Positions 1 through 43,430 of a DNA stretch of 64,000 bases are shown piece after piece (the stretch's first letter is position 1; each line of letters begins with the position of its first letter). Source of the stretch: Podarcis cretensis (Eukaryota); contig OX638149.1 in the NCBI GenBank assembly GCA_951804945.1, positions 85,684,001 to 85,748,000 of the forward strand, given 5' to 3'. Position numbers and translations under genes: made by a program. The notes beneath the pieces are model-generated. The model ran no database searches and was not told where the DNA came from. It saw only the letters and a list, made by a program, of their open reading frames with translations.

Positions 1-1361
1 AATAGAATCACATGCCCCTAAACTCAATCAGAAACCAGTTCCTCTCTTATTATACGCAGACGATGCTGTCTTACTATCACTAACGAGCTTGGGTCTGAAA
101 CGTCTTATATCTTCACTGATCCTTTACTGCGAATGTAACAAACTCTCTATAAATTATGAGAAGACAAAAATTTTGGTCTTCTCGAATGGTTGGAAATTAG
201 AGAAATGGAAAATAAGAGGGCAAGAAATCCAACAAGTGAAAATCCATAGATATCTGGGAATCTTATTCCAGAGCAACTTAGGGTGGGCAACCCATCGCAC
301 AAATGCCATAAAACAGGCAAAGTGCATCTCATCAGCAGTTGCCCGTTTTTATTATCAGAAAGGTAATCAATTTATTCCTGCGGCCAATCAGATATTTCAA
401 GCAAAAGTGCAATCCCAGATATTCTATGGTATCCCGCTATGGGTCCAAGCATATAACAGTGATATAAAAAAGATTCACTCCAGCTTTTTGAGACGTATTC
501 TTGGACTCCCTCTTATGATCAAATATGAAACAATGTGTGCAGAAATAGGCATACACACAATGGAATACTGGGCATGGTCCACCTCAATAAAGTATTGGTT
601 ACGCTGCCATTTTCGCTGCCCTCCATCAAGTCTGCTCGCTGATTTGCTCAAAGACCCTTATAAATCAAGATGGTATCAGCACCTTGAAAAAAAAATTGAA
701 TCTTTAGGCATCGAGCTGGAGCTCCTGTACAATTCTAATGAGCAATATATTCTCCATAATATCCTAACTAGACTAAAGGATGTCGAGAGACAAAATATTA
801 TGGCAGCTGTAAACAAAATTTGCTCCCCCAGATTCTACGATTTAAATATCTCAGATTGCAGAGCCAATTACGTCTCTAAACTAATAATCCCAGCCCAACG
901 TAGGGCTTTTATGCTGGCCCGTTTGAATGTTTTTCCCTCAGCATTTGTCTGGGGAAGATATCAAAACATTCCCAGAAGCAAGAGATTCTGCAGATGTTCT
1001 ATGAATGTCCCGGACACTGTAGAGCATATCCTCTTTCATTGCCCATTGTACAGTACGCTCCGTCAACGCGTGCTGTCCCCCCTTTCGGGTGGTCTGGAAC
1101 CCCAGCAAGCTGAATGTGTGGGACTCTACCTATCCGACGCTGACCAAAGGGTAACGGCGGGGGTAGCCGAGTTTTTGGCAGCAGTCCTCCAAGGAGCAGG
1201 TTAACAAGGAAAACCACTGATTCTATATGTATATATTTATATTTGTATGTAGCCAACTCCTGCCTTTTTATATATATCTCAAGGCTTTTATATGTTATTT
1301 TCCTTTTATGGTTTTACCTGCATAATGCCTAATAAAGGTTTGATAAGTAGTAGTAGTAGTA
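1..1361 (+). mobile_element. 3' part of a young non-LTR retrotransposon (RTEX-like LINE): ORF C-terminus plus 3' UTR
   Basis: Frame open from nt 2 to stop 1204; RT motif LLYADDAVLLS near nt 50-75; YLGI motif; C-terminal CxC...H...C knuckle (CRCSMNVPDTVEHILFHC); AATAAA 1331-1336 then (TAG)n tail. Clade assignment from recalled motifs only. Confidence 0.85.
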
Positions 1362-1559
1362 ACTCAATATTTTTAACTTGCCCCTCTAAAAAAAGGCTAA
1401 TAACTTTTACTTTCCTCCCTTAAAAAGCTCAACCATTTTGACTTTCCTCCCCCCAAAAATCTCAACAACTTTGACCTGAACCCCCCAAAAAGGGGTAGAT
1501 CACTGCCAGTTTTTTATTTTGTGAGTAGATCGCAGTCTCTTGGGAGTTGGATGTCCCTG
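1362..1559. mobile_element. One end of a hAT-type MITE (same family as 40595-40752)
   Basis: Ends ...GGAGTTGGATGTCCCTG; subterminal GTAGATC motifs; reverse complement matches the left end of the 40595-40752 copy. Confidence 0.65.
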
Positions 1560-1563
1560 CTGC

Positions 1564-2590
1564 ATCTTCTTCTTCTTTGATGATCAGTCGTAGCCGAGTA
1601 AGATTGTCTTCCATAAACACAGTTTGAACAATGAGTTCGTAAGTGACTGTTGAGGCCGATTCTGGATCCACACATCCTTCCACAGTGGGGACATTGGTTT
1701 CTGGGCGGGAGTTGATCACGGTGTGGATTTGCCAAGCATGCTTTCCTCTTAGCACATTTCTCCCTTGTGTCCTGAGTTCGAGTGTCTTCAAACCCCATGA
1801 CACCTTTGGTAAAGGCTGTTCTCCAACTGGAGCGCTCGCAGGCCAGTGTTTCCCATTTGTCAGTGTTTATACTACATTTTTTTAGATTTGTCTTGAAACA
1901 GTCTTTAAACCTCTGTTGACTACCAGTATTACGCTTTTACATTTTTAAGTTCGGAATAGAGTAGTTGCTTTGGAAGACGATCATCAGGCATCTGCACAAC
2001 ATGACCACTCCAACGAAGTTGATGTTGAAGAATCATTGCTTCAACACTGGTGATATTTACTTCTTCCAGTACACTGATATTAGTTCGCCTGTCTTCCCAA
2101 GTGATGTGTAAAAATTTTTGGAGACACTGTTGATGGAATCTTTCGAGGAGTTGGAAATGGTGTTTATAAGTGGTCCATGTTTCACAAGCATATAGTAAGG
2201 TTGGTAGTACAATAGCTTTGTAAACAAGCATTTTGGTTTCCTTGTGAATGTCCTGGTCTTCAAACACTGCACTTCAATCGGGAGAAAGCTTCACTCGCAG
2301 AGTTCAGGCAACGCTGGATTTCAGCATCAGAGTTGGCCCTTGTGGAAAGATAATTGTCTAGGTGGGAGAAGTGATCAGCATTTTCCAACGTTACACCATT
2401 GAGTTGGATTTGTGGTGCTGCAGAGGGGTTATTTTGTACTTGTTGGTGCAGCACTTTGGTTTTTTGGATGTTGAGTGATAGGCCAAGCTTTTCGTAAGCT
2501 TCTGCAAAGATATTTAGGATGGTTTGGAGGTCATCCTCTGAGCGTGCACACACTACGTTGTCATCAGCATACTGAAGCTCTATGACGGAC
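1564..2590 (-). mobile_element. 5'-truncated RTE-clade LINE, degraded by frameshifts
   Basis: Minus-strand ELQYADDNVV (~2551-2580), LPTLLYACETWT, QLRWSGHVVQM, C-terminal CPHC..HLRTH zinc finger, (GAA)n tail at ~1564-1575; split across several ORFs. Confidence 0.9.
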
Positions 2591-2908
2591 TGTATAGTTT
2601 AGTATAGAAGGTGGTATATTTCTAGTGCTCAGTCATATATATTTCTGGGGCTTTCAACAGGATTTCTACTTGGCAAATGTCAGCCATCCAGTCCATATGG
2701 CAATTCACTCCCCACCCCCACCCCCTTTTAAAAAAACTTCATATCCAATTTTGTGCCTAAGTTACACTGTTGAGGTTTGGTTTTCTGTTTCTTTTCTTTG
2801 GATCTTCTTTACTGGGAATGTATGCATTAATCACGTTACAGTACTAATTTTCTGAAACAGTGTTGTTTAGAAATAGAAAATTTTGCACTCAACATCACTG
2901 AGACATGC

Positions 2909-2935
<27 letters not shown>
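2909..2935. repeat. (CA)n microsatellite
   Basis: Direct reading. Confidence 0.95.
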
Positions 2936-2939
<4 letters not shown>

Positions 2940-5245
2940 ATTGTCAGAGTTCTGAGCTTACTAAGATGAGAAATAGTGAATATATGTTTGGGATAATAGG
3001 CAGACATCTTGAAGAATTGGTTTTGAGACCCAACTGCCAGTCAAGTTTAAAAGTACTGAGCTAAATAGAGCTATGGCCTTTCCATTATATACAAAAGATT
3101 TTTGTGTGGAATAGAAGAAGCAGGAGACTGCATTGTCTTGTATTTCTTTTACATTTCTACTTGATAACTGAACTGGAAATTCTCTTTCACTGGTGAAGTG
3201 AACGTATTCATTTTTAATTACTGATACAGTCTCTTATTAATCATTGGTGGACCTTGCAGAGCTTGCTAGGTCACAAGTACTGGTCTTACATGTCTTTAAC
3301 TTTGATCATAGGCATTTCCATCTGAAAGATTCAGCTGCCCTGATTGAGGACCCCACCCTTTTTTTCGTCTGTTAGTGTAAATGTAGCTAATTTAGTTTGC
3401 ATTCACATATTGACGTCCTTCAAATTTTTCGGAAAACCCTAATCACTGCTGTTAAAAGAAATATGTGTCTTTAGATTTTAGAATAAAAAACTACTAATGC
3501 AGAATATTTTCTGTTCAGTAACACAACCAATGAGCAGAACTCCACTCATAGGACACTCCTACTGGAGAAAGAGGAAATTTGATTTTTGCTTCATGCTCCC
3601 TGAAAAGTTTGGTTGAAGGAACCTCAAAAGAACAGTGTGAGTGGTGGTACAACAATCTGAAGAGCAAAGGGGGATTAGTTTAAGTCACCCTCTCTCCTTC
3701 AGCAGAAGCCTCTCCTGAATCTCAGTCTCTTTCACAAATGGGACACTCTGGATGCAACCCATTGACTTTCTATCAGCTGAGGAGTGCTAGTTTCTCTTGC
3801 CTGAAGCTTTTAGTATGGAAACAATAGAACTTTTGTGTTTAAACCAAGATTATGTGCTAGCATCAAATACAAAATATAAGAGAAACCACCTAAAAGTTTC
3901 TTTTCCATAAAGTTTTTCTCAAACAGCTGATCAAAGTGGTGGAGACTTTTCAAGAGTTTCAAGTCCTAAAGACTTCCTTTGCTGTTCTTTCATTTAATCA
4001 GTGGGTAAATGATAATCTGAGATTAAATGAGGAGTTGAATATTTGCATTTATTAATCAATTAAAGGCATAATCCAAACTGACAGCTGCCTGGAGGGGCTT
4101 AATGAAGCAACATTACCTACCACTGGTGCATTTGAATCGCTATTGCACACACCAGCCATGGCAGAAGGTGGGAACAAGGCAAATCAATGGGCCAGCATGG
4201 AACTGGTGCAGCAGTTGGGTCTGGTGTCAGCAGTGTGGCTGTCTTGGTAGGCTCATTTTGGAGCTTTCTGCTGGCTGCTGTTGATGGGGATCCCAGCAGC
4301 AGCAGTTCTGTCTACCTACAAAGCTGGAAACTTCACATCATCAAAGTGATGCTGGCAGCACTTTGCAGGCAGAGTTCTGAACTCTTCATGTATGCTAGGC
4401 AGTGTGATGTGGTGTCTACAACAAAGATTTGTACTTCCATAAATAGGTAAAAAATATATTTACCTTGACCAATGCCAGGACACTGTGCTAGTCTCACTTA
4501 CAGAGGATTTCATACATTGGTCACTTTGCAAAATCAAAGTATGTCTCATGTCTTATTTGAAAGCATTGAACTGTCATGGGGAAATGTCATGGGTTTTAAT
4601 TTCCTTTTTAAGATGGGCCTGTCAATTCCATGCTATTCTGGTGCACTTGATAGTTTTTGGAATGAACAATTTTGTCAGTAGAAGCATTCATTTTTCGGGT
4701 CATGCTGTCTGTCTTGAAGCCCTAGACAGTATTCAAGCTTAGTTAATTACTGGTGGTTATTGTATACTAAACAGGTCTGCTCAATTAGCCACCTGTTATT
4801 TTATCTAGGTGTGAAAGCTGGCAGCTAAGATGATAGTCTGACCCAAGAATGTGGCATGAATCCTACTTAAACTGTATCAGACCTAATCAGGAACAGGTCT
4901 TGAATGCAGAAATGACATGCAGATGTTTCTTAAAGTCAAGACAAGCAGTGGAAATGATTGGTAATCCTTCAGTTAACTTCTCTTAGGAAAACTGCTTCCT
5001 TACTAGTGTCTTAATATAGGCGTGTAATTTCTAGCTTTAGGTTGCGTGTGCCATATTACTCTCTATGTCAAGGGTAATATAGGTATATAACGTGTGTGTG
5101 TGTGTGCGCGCACGCACACACACACGCACACACACACACACAGAGATTATATGTTATTTACCCTGGTAATCCTGACATAGGTTCTGAAGTAACTGAAGCA
5201 TGTGTGAGGGGTCATTTGGGTTTGTATGTACAACTCTTACAGATA

Positions 5246-5504
5246 CAGTGGACGCTCGGGTTGCGAACGTGATCCGTGTGGGATGCATGTTTGTAACCCG
5301 CAGAGTTCGCAACCCGCAGCAGCACATCTACACACGCGTGGGTTGCGATTCGGTGCTTTGCGCATGTGCAAAGCACGATTTAGCGCTTCTGCTCATGCGC
5401 AACCGCGAAACCCGGAAGTAACCCTTTCCGGTACTTCCAGGTTTCAGCAGTCCGTAACCCGAAAAAAACGCAACTTGAAGCGTCTGTAACCCGAGGTATG
5501 ACTG
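5246..5504. mobile_element. Tc1/mariner (Tigger-like) MITE
   Basis: TA|CAGTGGACGCTCGGGTTGC ... GTAACCCGAGGTATGACTG|TA imperfect TIRs with TA target-site duplication. Confidence 0.8.
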
Positions 5505-7526
5505 TATGTTGTTTTGAACGCTATGTATTGCAGGGGATTGGACTAGAGGAGCCTTGGGGTCTCTTCCAGCCCTACAGTTCTAGATTCTATGTATACAGAG
5601 GTCTATTTATGCAACAGGGCTTCCTCTCCTTTCCCTGCAATGCTCTCAAAAATTGCTCTAGAGGATCCTACCCTCTGGAGCAGATTTTGAGGTTGCACAG
5701 GGGGTTGCCTAAGCAAGATTGTGCAAGCAAGATTGTGCCAACAAGACAGCAGCATCGGATGTGAACCTGAGGTCTTTTCACTTCATTCTATTCTTTAAGA
5801 GTACTTTGCTTGTTTGGGTCCCAAGAAGGCAGAAAAGTTGTAAAAGCATTTTGATCATAAAGAATGTACCCTTCAGTAGAATGGGGCAAGTCAGTCGATC
5901 TTCTGACAGTCCCACTTTGTGTATATACAAAGCACTGTAGAAGGTGAAGCATTTGATGGCATACCAAGAGGTTTGCAGGCAAACAAGTATATCCTTTGCC
6001 TCATTTAGTATGGAGAATCCATAAATAGGATAAACTTGAAATTAAGCGTGTAGTGTAGTTTGTCAGCTTTTCGCGATGGGCGATGCTCTTAATAGCAGAA
6101 AACTGGGAGATGAAGCTTTGCCCACCACTACATCTTAATGCCACAATAAGCTAAGCTACAGTTCACAAGTCAGTTTTTAAATGGCCATGTCATTTCCTGC
6201 GTAGCTTCTAAGCAAGGGAGTGACTGCTTATTTGGCTTTGTAACTTGTTTTGTTTTTTTGTTTCCACATTGTTTGCTTTGTTAAAATTACTGCATGTATG
6301 TGAAACCAGTAAATGTCTGACTATTCAAAACAGAATATAACAATTTGCAAAAGATCTTTTGCATCCAATCTTGTATTTAGTGGATTTTTTGGAGCAATTT
6401 TTTTTCTGGCTGAATAATAGTCATTCACCACAGTGACTTGCAGAGACGTGAAGCTGAATGGGCTGGTCAGCTTTGAGTTGCTAACCTTCCATTTCCAGCT
6501 CTTTCAAAATAGCCTAGCAAGTTTATAATTGAACTGATGATGCAACAGAGGAGTTAGTCAGTTTTCCCCTGCAGGAGAAATTTAGTTCAGCAGTATACTA
6601 GATAGACACAGTTAATTCCGTCAAATTAGAATGAGCTGGCCAATTCTTTTCTGGGCCAGAATTGCTAAATACCTCAGTACCTGGTTCAGTCTTAGCATCT
6701 TCAGATATGTCTGTGTGAGTGTTTGAAACTCCCATTGTTCTAGGTGCATTTTGCGGCAGGGAATCATTAATGGTGAACAGTTTCTGAGCTCCAGGTGCAG
6801 TACTGTGCCCAAGATTTCAGATTAAAACTGCAGAGTGGAAGGAAAGGAGGACCTTTTTCTGCGTCCTCACTTCTAGCTACTCTCTGAAGACTGGAGAAGA
6901 AACCCTCTTAAGAATATTATGGGGGTGGGTAGGGGAAGGACTAGACCATGTGAAAAATGAACATAATATTTTAGCTGCAGTTCATTCATTTTCAGCTTGT
7001 ATTCTTGTTATAAAAAGGCACGCCTAGACATTCCATTGTTGCACCCATAACCTAGTTTTAAGGTGCCATTTAGCTCCTAGCTTTCATATATCTGTTTCTA
7101 GCACTGGTCTGTGTAGATTTTCAAACTAGAATGACTTCCCCATCCTGTAAGAAAGTTGGGGGGGGGGGCTTACATGTATCCTACTCATGTGTGACTGTGC
7201 TTACACAGGTCATAAATAAATAAATAGACCTGCCCTTGCTTGGGACTACTGCCCGGAAGTCACTTGGGGCTGCCGCCCAAGTGAGGGAAGGCAGCCTTTA
7301 AGCGACCAGCGGTGCGGGGCGAGAGATGCCTTTTCTCCACCTCTGCCGCTCCACCACGTGTCTGCACCCCCATCTAGACCATCACAGCTACTTTTGCTTT
7401 TTATGCACAGAAGTAGCTTCACCCTCTTTATCTCTTGCCATGTGAAATTACTAATCCTGGTTTTATCTGGAAAACGTCCAAAAACTGTAGTAAAACTTGC
7501 ATTTCAAGGTGTATATCATGAGAACC

Positions 7527-8650
7527 AGTGAGGGGTAAGTATTAGTTTTGGACTATGCCCATTGTCCTAGGAGACCAGGGTTTGAGTCCCTACTTAACCA
7601 TGAATCTTACTGAGTGACCTACCGCCAGTCACTGTCCCTCAGCCTAACCTATCTCAAAGGATTAATTTAGTTACCTTTATTGTAGACAAACGTTTTATAA
7701 CCAATACTTACGATAACATATTTCAACAGTTGCATTCTTTGGATAGACTCTGCATTGTACCATAGAGTTCCTCCTCGTTTCATGATTTAAGTACGAATTA
7801 AGATGCCATCCAATTTCTAGACGATACCGAGTCTCACACAGTGAGAAAAAGCAATTCACACCACAGTTTCTGCGAGTTGTTTGGTGTGTGTTCTCAGTCC
7901 ATGAAGTAAAATGCACTCATAACGTACTTGAAAAGAACCTCAGCATTTTTGTTCTTCGTGTGACAACTGAAGCCATTTCACAACATAGTAATTTCTTTTT
8001 CCAATTCTAAGGAGTGACAAGCCATTATTGAGGATATGTTGTCCAAGAACAAGAACAGCATCGGGATCAGTTACTTTAATGTGGTTTATAGAAACTCCAC
8101 CACTTGCTATGTCACGATACCCCCTTGGTCCATCTACAATAGCATTTGCTTTCCGACACAAATCAAGTACTGTTGTCCCAGGTTCAAGCATCAACTCAAC
8201 ATATGGTGCTTCCCTGAAGAGTTTTGGAAGCTCTTGGTCGGACATAGTCTCTAGTGCTGCTATGTCACTGTAATAAAGGGCCCTTGTGCATCTCTTAGCA
8301 GATTCCAGACCTGCTTTGCCATGAACAAGCTTAGTTACTTCAGCAGCAAGCCGTTTCTGGGGCCCCCACTTCTCAGGCTCTTTAGCATGCATTTCCATAA
8401 TGTGTTGGATTTCCGGAAGAGGGAGGAAAGTGAAAAGCTTCAGATACCTTTTAACAGCGCTATCTGGCTGTCTGAAAAGTACTGATATAACTCAAAGGGA
8501 GAGGTCCTATTTCTGTGTAGCCAAACTGCATTGCCAGCAGATTTCCCCAACTTATCTCAAAGAGTTGTGATGATAAAATGGGGAGAACCATGTATACCAC
8601 CTTGAACTGCTTGGAGGGAAAGGTGGTATATAATAAATACAATAAATAAA
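7527..8650 (+). mobile_element. Old tRNA-derived SINE split in two by the YARS2 retrocopy (halves ~7527-7660 and ~8553-8650)
   Basis: Left half has a B-box-like GGTTTGAGTCCC and CAGTCACTGTCCCTCAGCCTAACC; right half continues GTTGTGATGATAAAATGGGGAGAACCATG to an (AATA)n tail. Confidence 0.7.
7661..8558 (-). pseudogene. YARS2: Processed (intronless) 5'-truncated retrocopy of mitochondrial tyrosyl-tRNA synthetase YARS2, with 3' UTR
   Basis: Translates [23 protein letters not shown], 1-nt frameshift at ~8474-8478, then [57 protein letters not shown] (stop 7940); no introns; minus-strand AATAAA at 7681-7676; direct repeat TATCTCAAAG at 7650-7659 and 8553-8562. Confidence 0.93.
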
Positions 8651-8898
8651 ATTTGTGTGTGGTAATATTAGAAACATGATTTAACAAGCTGATAAATCCT
8701 GCAGGAGACATAAATTCATATTTAAATAGATCCATGCTCATTTAAACACAAGTGTGCAAATAACCAGTTGCCCAGGATGACTACATTTTTCCATTAGTTT
8801 GGACTTTAGAATCCAAGGAATATTAGCCTTTTGGTTAATATAAAATATGTTGAGCTTTTAAAGTTTCAGGGAAAACTAGGTAACTGCAATGTAAAATA

Positions 8899-9139
8899 CA
8901 GTGGTACCTTGAGTTACAAACGTCTCAGGTTACAAATGCTTCAGGTTACAAACTCCGCTAACTTGGAAGAATTACCTCAAATTGAGAACTTTGCTCCAGG
9001 ATGAGAACGGAAATCATGTGCCAGCAGCGCAGCGGCAGCAAGAGGCCCCATTAGGGAAAGCATGCCTCTAGTTAAGAACTGTTTCAGGTTAAAAACGGAC
9101 CTCCGGAACAAATTAAGTTCATAACTAGAGGTACCACTG
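8899..9139. mobile_element. Tc1/mariner (Tigger-like) MITE
   Basis: TA|CAGTGGTACC ... GGTACCACTG|TA TIRs with TA duplication. Confidence 0.85.
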
Positions 9140-9330
9140 TACAGCCATTGTGGATAAATGTGGCCACTAGGGGGTCCAGTAGCAACACAATACTATACTG
9201 AGCAAATGCTTTTACAGCCCAACTTGAAATAAATAAATAAGGAAACATACCTATATGGACAAGGCTGACATAGTAAAGTATCTGTCTAGCACTGCTGGAA
9301 GGAAGGTAGTGCCTAAGGCAGTGTTTCAGC

Positions 9331-9626
9331 AGGAGGAGGAGGAGAAGAAGAAGAAGAAGAAGAAGAAGAAGAAGAAGAAGAAGAAGAAGAGGAGGAGGAG
9401 TTTGGATTTGATACCCCACCTTTCACTCCCTTTAAGGAATCTCAAAGCAGCTAACATTCTCCTTTCCCTTCCTCCCCCACAACAAACACTCTGTGAGGTG
9501 AGTGGGGCTGAGAGACTTCAGAGAAGTGTGACTGGCCCAAGGTCACCCAGCAGCTGCATGTGGAGGAGCGGAGACGCGAACCCGGTTCCCCAGATTACAA
9601 GACTACCGCTCTTAACCACTACACCA
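9331..9626 (-). mobile_element. tRNA-derived SINE (Squam3-like) with (GAA)n/(GGA)n tail
   Basis: Reverse complement starts TGGTGTAGTGGTTAAGAGCGG (A box) and has GGTTCGCGTCTCC (B box); microsatellite tail ~9331-9400. Confidence 0.8.
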
Positions 9627-10126
9627 GGAGTATGGCTTAGGCTGGGAATATCAAGAAGGGATGCTATGACTTGACTTAATTAGTCACTTGTTTTTTAATA
9701 TTATACAGTTGAGTCCAGACTGGGTATTTGCAGGAAACAAACGGCTTCAGTTGAAGTGTTTGTACCTTCACACAAATGAGGCCCTCTTCAGGAAACCCTC
9801 ATCCAAAAATTGCTCAAATTATTTCCGTGTCTCAAATCTTCCTAAGACAATAGACTTGGGGTGGAGAAGCTGTGGCACTCCAGATTTTGTTGGACTCAAC
9901 TTCCATCAGTCCCTGCCAGCATGACCAAGGATCAGGGATGATGGGAGTTGTAATCCATCATAACCTAAAGATCCATAGGTTTCTCATCCCTGCAACAGAC
10001 TGACTTCATCGCAAACATAGGCATTTCTGGATTATAGTTAATTTTCATTTTACTACATTCTCGGCTCCGAGCTTGATTTGGTACACTTAGCGAATGATGT
10101 GCTTCCAGAAATGCAATTGGTTAATA

Positions 10127-10206
10127 CAGGGTGAGTCCTTTAAAAGAGGCCCCATGAATACAGAGTACACATGTTCCACGGGGCCTCTTTTAAAAGACTC
10201 ACTTTG
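10127..10206. mobile_element. 80-bp palindromic Tc1/mariner MITE
   Basis: TA|CAGGGTGAGTCCTTTAAAAGAGGCCC ... GGGCCTCTTTTAAAAGACTCACTTTG|TA. Confidence 0.75.
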
Positions 10207-10869
10207 TACATCTTAGGGGAGCACCAGATTCTAGTACAGTGTTTGCAGAATTTAAGGGAAATATAGAAAGAATCCAATTTCTTTGGAACTATCAAAAATC
10301 TGTAGATATGAGCAGGAAGTATAATACCAGAATGTTACCATCTTGTGTTGCCATTAGCCCCCATCATGCTTTCCTCGAAGGGGCATTGTGTGAATAAAAG
10401 GGCTGTGCCGTCTTTCCTCTGGGCTCACCCTGATGACACATGGCTTTTTTTGACCCTGCCTTCTCTGTCCACACATTAGCATGGACGTCTGAGGCAGGGA
10501 ACACGATGTATGTAGACTTCCCATTTCAGGCCTCCACTTTAATATGTAGATAGTGGTACTGCAGAGAGCCATGCATCAGGGTGGAACTTGAGACATAGCC
10601 ATTGGCTCACTCTAGTAGTAGGAAAGGACTATCATTCAACATCAATATGAAGTCACACGGAAAGAGTATTCAGATAAGTAATTGCACATTTGTTAAAACT
10701 GATATAATTGTAAACAGGATCTCTTTATGGAAGGTTGTATTGGTTTAATCACCTATGCTCAAGAAGAACACGTGAGCACATGTTGTGCATGTACATTGCA
10801 TATCTCAGGAAACTAGCTGCCATCCAATACAATGGCTCCTCCAGTTCTCACCTGTCACTATTTCCACAG

Positions 10870-43430
<32,561 letters not shown>

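Noticed and set aside
7940-8398. Functional YARS2 gene nested in KDM2A
   Set aside because: Lacks the N-terminal catalytic part and introns, has a frameshift and TSDs; it is a retrocopy.
9084-9674. Poly-Leu and poly-Lys ORFs
   Set aside because: Translations of the (GAA)n SINE tail.
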